Source: Thalassomonas sp.
Lineage (GTDB): Bacteria; Bacteroidota; Bacteroidia; Flavobacteriales; BACL11
NCBI GenBank assembly: GCA_047617145.1
Contig: JBLGCF010000003.1
Coordinates: forward strand, 1-32,965
Direction of reading: 5' to 3'
Length of the DNA stretch: 32,965 bases
The notes under the pieces are model-generated. The model saw nothing but the letters and a program-made list of their open reading frames with translations. It did not search any database and had not been told where the DNA came from. The translations under genes and the position numbers were made by a program. Below, one piece after another: positions 30,164 through 32,965 of the stretch. How positions within the stretch are numbered: the first letter of the stretch is position 1; every line of letters begins with the position of its first letter.

Positions 30164-32674
30164 TTATTTTTTTGTTTCTATTTTATGTATTGCTTTTATT
30201 GTTTTTAACATAGAATCAGGAGTTACCGAAATGGTATCGATTCCTTCTTCTACTAAAAATTGCGCAAAATCTGGATAGTCTGATGGACCTTGTCCACAAA
30301 TTCCAACTTTTGTTTTTGTCTTTTTTGCTACTTTTATAAGGTTAGAGATGGAGCGTTTTACTGCAGGATTCCTCTCGTCATAAATGTGTGCTACTAAGGA
30401 TGAATCTCTATCTAATCCTAAAGTTAATTGAGTCAAATCGTTCGATCCGATTGAGAATCCATCAATAAGTTCGGAAAATTCTTCTGCCATTAAAATATTA
30501 GAGGGTAATTCTGCCATAAGGTAAACTTGGAGTCCATCTTTTCCTCTTTCCAATCCGTATTTTTTCATCACTTTATATACCTTCTGTAATTCTTCAACTG
30601 TTCTACAGAAAGGAATCATAATAGTAACATTGTCTAATCCCATTTTTTTCCTTACCCTTTTGATGGCTTTACATTCCATCCCAAAAGCATATTCGTATTG
30701 CTCAGAATAATATCGGCTTGCACCTCTCCATCCAATCATAGGATTCTCTTCAGTTGGCTCAAAATAGCTTCCTCCCAACAAGTTGTAGTATTCGTTCGAT
30801 TTAAAATCAGACATTCTAACAATAGCTTGTTTTGGGTAGAATGCAGATGCAATTTTTGCTACACCATAGGAAAGTCTTTTAATAAAAAATGTTTCTTCAT
30901 CTTCAAACCCTCTTATCAGTACTCTTATCTTTTCTGATAATTCTCCATCCCCCAATTCCTTGTGTTTTAAAAGTGCTAAAGGGTGTGCTTGTATGTAATT
31001 GTTAATGATGAATTCCTCTCTTGCCAAACCAACCCCTGCATTTGGTATTTGTGCAAATTTGAAAGCTAAATCAGGAGAAGCTACATTCAACATAATTGGC
31101 GTTTTTGTAGTTGGTAAATTGTCCAATTTTGTTTTCTTCAATTTGAAAGGAACTATCCCTTCATATACTTTTCCGACATCTCCTTCAGCACAACTTACCG
31201 TAAATTCTTCTCCGTTAAAAAGGACTTCCGTTCCGTTTTCTGTTCCGACAATTGCAGGCACTCCCATCTCACGCGCTACAATTGCTGCATGGCAAGTTCT
31301 CCCTCCTTTATTGGTGATAATTGCAGATGCTTTTTTCATGATTGGCTCCCAATCAGGATCTGTCATTTCAGTAACTAAAATATCTCCTTCCTTAAAGTCA
31401 GATCCATCAAAAGTTCCATCTCTACCATCTAAGGAATACATTTTTTGAACTTTTCCTTGACCGATTTTATCTCCTACGGCAATTCCTGTTAATCGGATTG
31501 CTGCATTTTCAGTATTATCAATTAAGTATTCTACTAAATCATTGTCTTTTTTCCTGGAGTGAATTGTTTCAGGGCGAGCCTGAACAATAAATAACTCTCC
31601 TGAAAGTCCGTCCACAGCCCATTCAGTATCCATTGGGCACCAGTGTCCTTTTAGTTCAGTGTAATAATCTTCAATAATGCAAACCCACTTTGCTAATTGA
31701 AGTGCTTGTTTATCCGAAATACAAAATTGGTCTTGTTGTGTATTTCCAACATGTACAGTTTTTACTAATTGTCCTGGGTCTGTAGAGTAAATCATCTTAG
31801 TTTCTTTCTTACCCATTTTCTTTTCAATGATGGATTCAAAACCATTTTTTAAAGTGGGTTTGAAAATCAAAAACTCATCTGGTGATACTGTTCCTTGTAC
31901 TACACTTTCCCCTAATCCGTACGAACCATTAATTAAAATTACATCTTTAAAACCACTTTCGGTATCTAAGGAAAATGCAACTCCTGAAGAAGCTAAATCC
32001 GAACGCACCATTTTTTGTACACAAACTGAAAGTCCTACATCAAAATGATTAAAACCGAAATTATCTCTGTAAGAAATTGCTCTATCTGTAAAGAGTGAAG
32101 CAAAACAATTTCTAACTGAAGTTAAAATTTGTTCAGGTCCTCTTACATTTAAGTAAGTCTCCTGCTGTCCTGCAAATGATGCATCTGGTAAATCCTCAGC
32201 TGTTGCTGATGAACGTACTGCTACATCTGTAATGTCTGAACCGTATTCCTGAGAAAGTTCTGTATAGCGTCTCTGAATTTCTAATTTCAAATCTTCTGGC
32301 CATTGTCCATTTCTGATGATTTCTCTAATTTCTAATCCTGTTTTTCTTAAGGAAACTAAATCATCTTTTTTCATCCCATTAATAAGAGAACGAATAGTGC
32401 TATCCAATTTATTAAACCGAATAAATTCCCAATAGGCATCAACAGTAAGTGCGAACCCTCCAGGAATATTTACTCCTAAGCCTTTTAGGTTCTGAATCAT
32501 TTCTCCTAAGGAAGCATTTTTACCTCCTACTAATTCAAGATCGCTTAACTCTACTTCTGATAAATCAACAATATAACTGTGTGTTCCTTCTTTATTTCTA
32601 TTTTTCTTTTTTTTCTTTGGAGTAGTGTATTCCTTTACCTGTCGGTATTCGTTTAAGGATCTTTTTTTGGTCAT
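30164..32674 (-). CDS. ppsA: Phosphoenolpyruvate synthase (pyruvate, water dikinase) with a basic N-terminal extension
   Basis: VGGKNASLGEM, VAVRSSATAEDLPDASFAGQQET, QARPET, GGRTCHAAIVARE (phospho-His), FSIGSNDLTQ and GICGQ motifs. Confidence 0.98.
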   Translation of the reverse strand: MTKKRSLNEYRQVKEYTTPKKKKKNRNKEGTHSYIVDLSEVELSDLELVGGKNASLGEMIQNLKGLGVNIPGGFALTVDAYWEFIRFNKLDSTIRSLINGMKKDDLVSLRKTGLEIREIIRNGQWPEDLKLEIQRRYTELSQEYGSDITDVAVRSSATAEDLPDASFAGQQETYLNVRGPEQILTSVRNCFASLFTDRAISYRDNFGFNHFDVGLSVCVQKMVRSDLASSGVAFSLDTESGFKDVILINGSYGLGESVVQGTVSPDEFLIFKPTLKNGFESIIEKKMGKKETKMIYSTDPGQLVKTVHVGNTQQDQFCISDKQALQLAKWVCIIEDYYTELKGHWCPMDTEWAVDGLSGELFIVQARPETIHSRKKDNDLVEYLIDNTENAAIRLTGIAVGDKIGQGKVQKMYSLDGRDGTFDGSDFKEGDILVTEMTDPDWEPIMKKASAIITNKGGRTCHAAIVAREMGVPAIVGTENGTEVLFNGEEFTVSCAEGDVGKVYEGIVPFKLKKTKLDNLPTTKTPIMLNVASPDLAFKFAQIPNAGVGLAREEFIINNYIQAHPLALLKHKELGDGELSEKIRVLIRGFEDEETFFIKRLSYGVAKIASAFYPKQAIVRMSDFKSNEYYNLLGGSYFEPTEENPMIGWRGASRYYSEQYEYAFGMECKAIKRVRKKMGLDNVTIMIPFCRTVEELQKVYKVMKKYGLERGKDGLQVYLMAELPSNILMAEEFSELIDGFSIGSNDLTQLTLGLDRDSSLVAHIYDERNPAVKRSISNLIKVAKKTKTKVGICGQGPSDYPDFAQFLVEEGIDTISVTPDSMLKTIKAIHKIETKK

Positions 32675-32711
32675 GATTTACGTAGTTTTTGGTTTTGGTT
32701 GTTAGTTTTTT

Positions 32712-32965
32712 TTAAAGAATTTCAAATACTCCGGCTGCACCTTGTCCTGCTCCTACACACATGGTAACCATTCCGTATTTTTGTTCTCTTCTTTTCATTT
32801 CGTTTATCAATTGTACAGTCAGTTTTCCTCCCGTGCATCCTAGTGGATGTCCTAAAGCAATTGCTCCTCCATTTACATTTACAATTTCTGGGTTTAATCC
32901 TAACTCACGAATAACCGCTAAGGATTGTGAAGCAAAGGCTTCATTCAATTCAAATTGCTCAATAT
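32712..32965 (-). CDS. 3' end of an acetyl-CoA C-acyltransferase (thiolase), truncated by the window edge
   Basis: The frame continues to the edge ([13 protein letters not shown]). [16 protein letters not shown] and MCVGAGQG thiolase motifs are present. The ORF-track 'Met' is an internal TTG. Confidence 0.96.
   Translation of the reverse strand, partial: IEQFELNEAFASQSLAVIRELGLNPEIVNVNGGAIALGHPLGCTGGKLTVQLINEMKRREQKYGMVTMCVGAGQGAAGVFEIL

Overview
AT-rich Bacteroidota chromosome segment, most likely Flavobacteriales. The evidence is a T9SS sorting-domain tail, TAnnTTTG promoters, no Shine-Dalgarno sites, fusA directly followed by rpsJ with no tuf, and the order rplQ-carA-eno-gltA. Bases 334-18116 are the fused str-S10-spc-alpha ribosomal superoperon, including rpmD and rpmJ, which the ORF track missed. 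carA, eno, gltA and a UbiD-family decarboxylase follow on the + strand. From 23690 the genes lie on the - strand: thiolase (partial), ppsA, acyl-CoA dehydrogenase, GMC oxidoreductase, class 3 aldehyde dehydrogenase, a TMEM229/CmpB-like membrane protein and a DEAD-box helicase. I saw no RNA genes, CRISPR arrays or mobile elements. The most unusual observations are: (1) uL5 has a 77-aa acidic, helix-forming C-terminal tail; (2) three or four genes have a -7 promoter box only 3-4 nt before the ATG, so they are probably leaderless, and two of these boxes abut the upstream terminator; (3) uS12 and uL2 have substitutions in conserved motifs; (4) the lipid-oxidation cluster has PEP synthase, with a basic N-terminal extension, between thiolase and acyl-CoA dehydrogenase, and a TMEM229-like gene coupled to the aldehyde dehydrogenase. 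All homology statements come from motif recognition and memory, not database searches.
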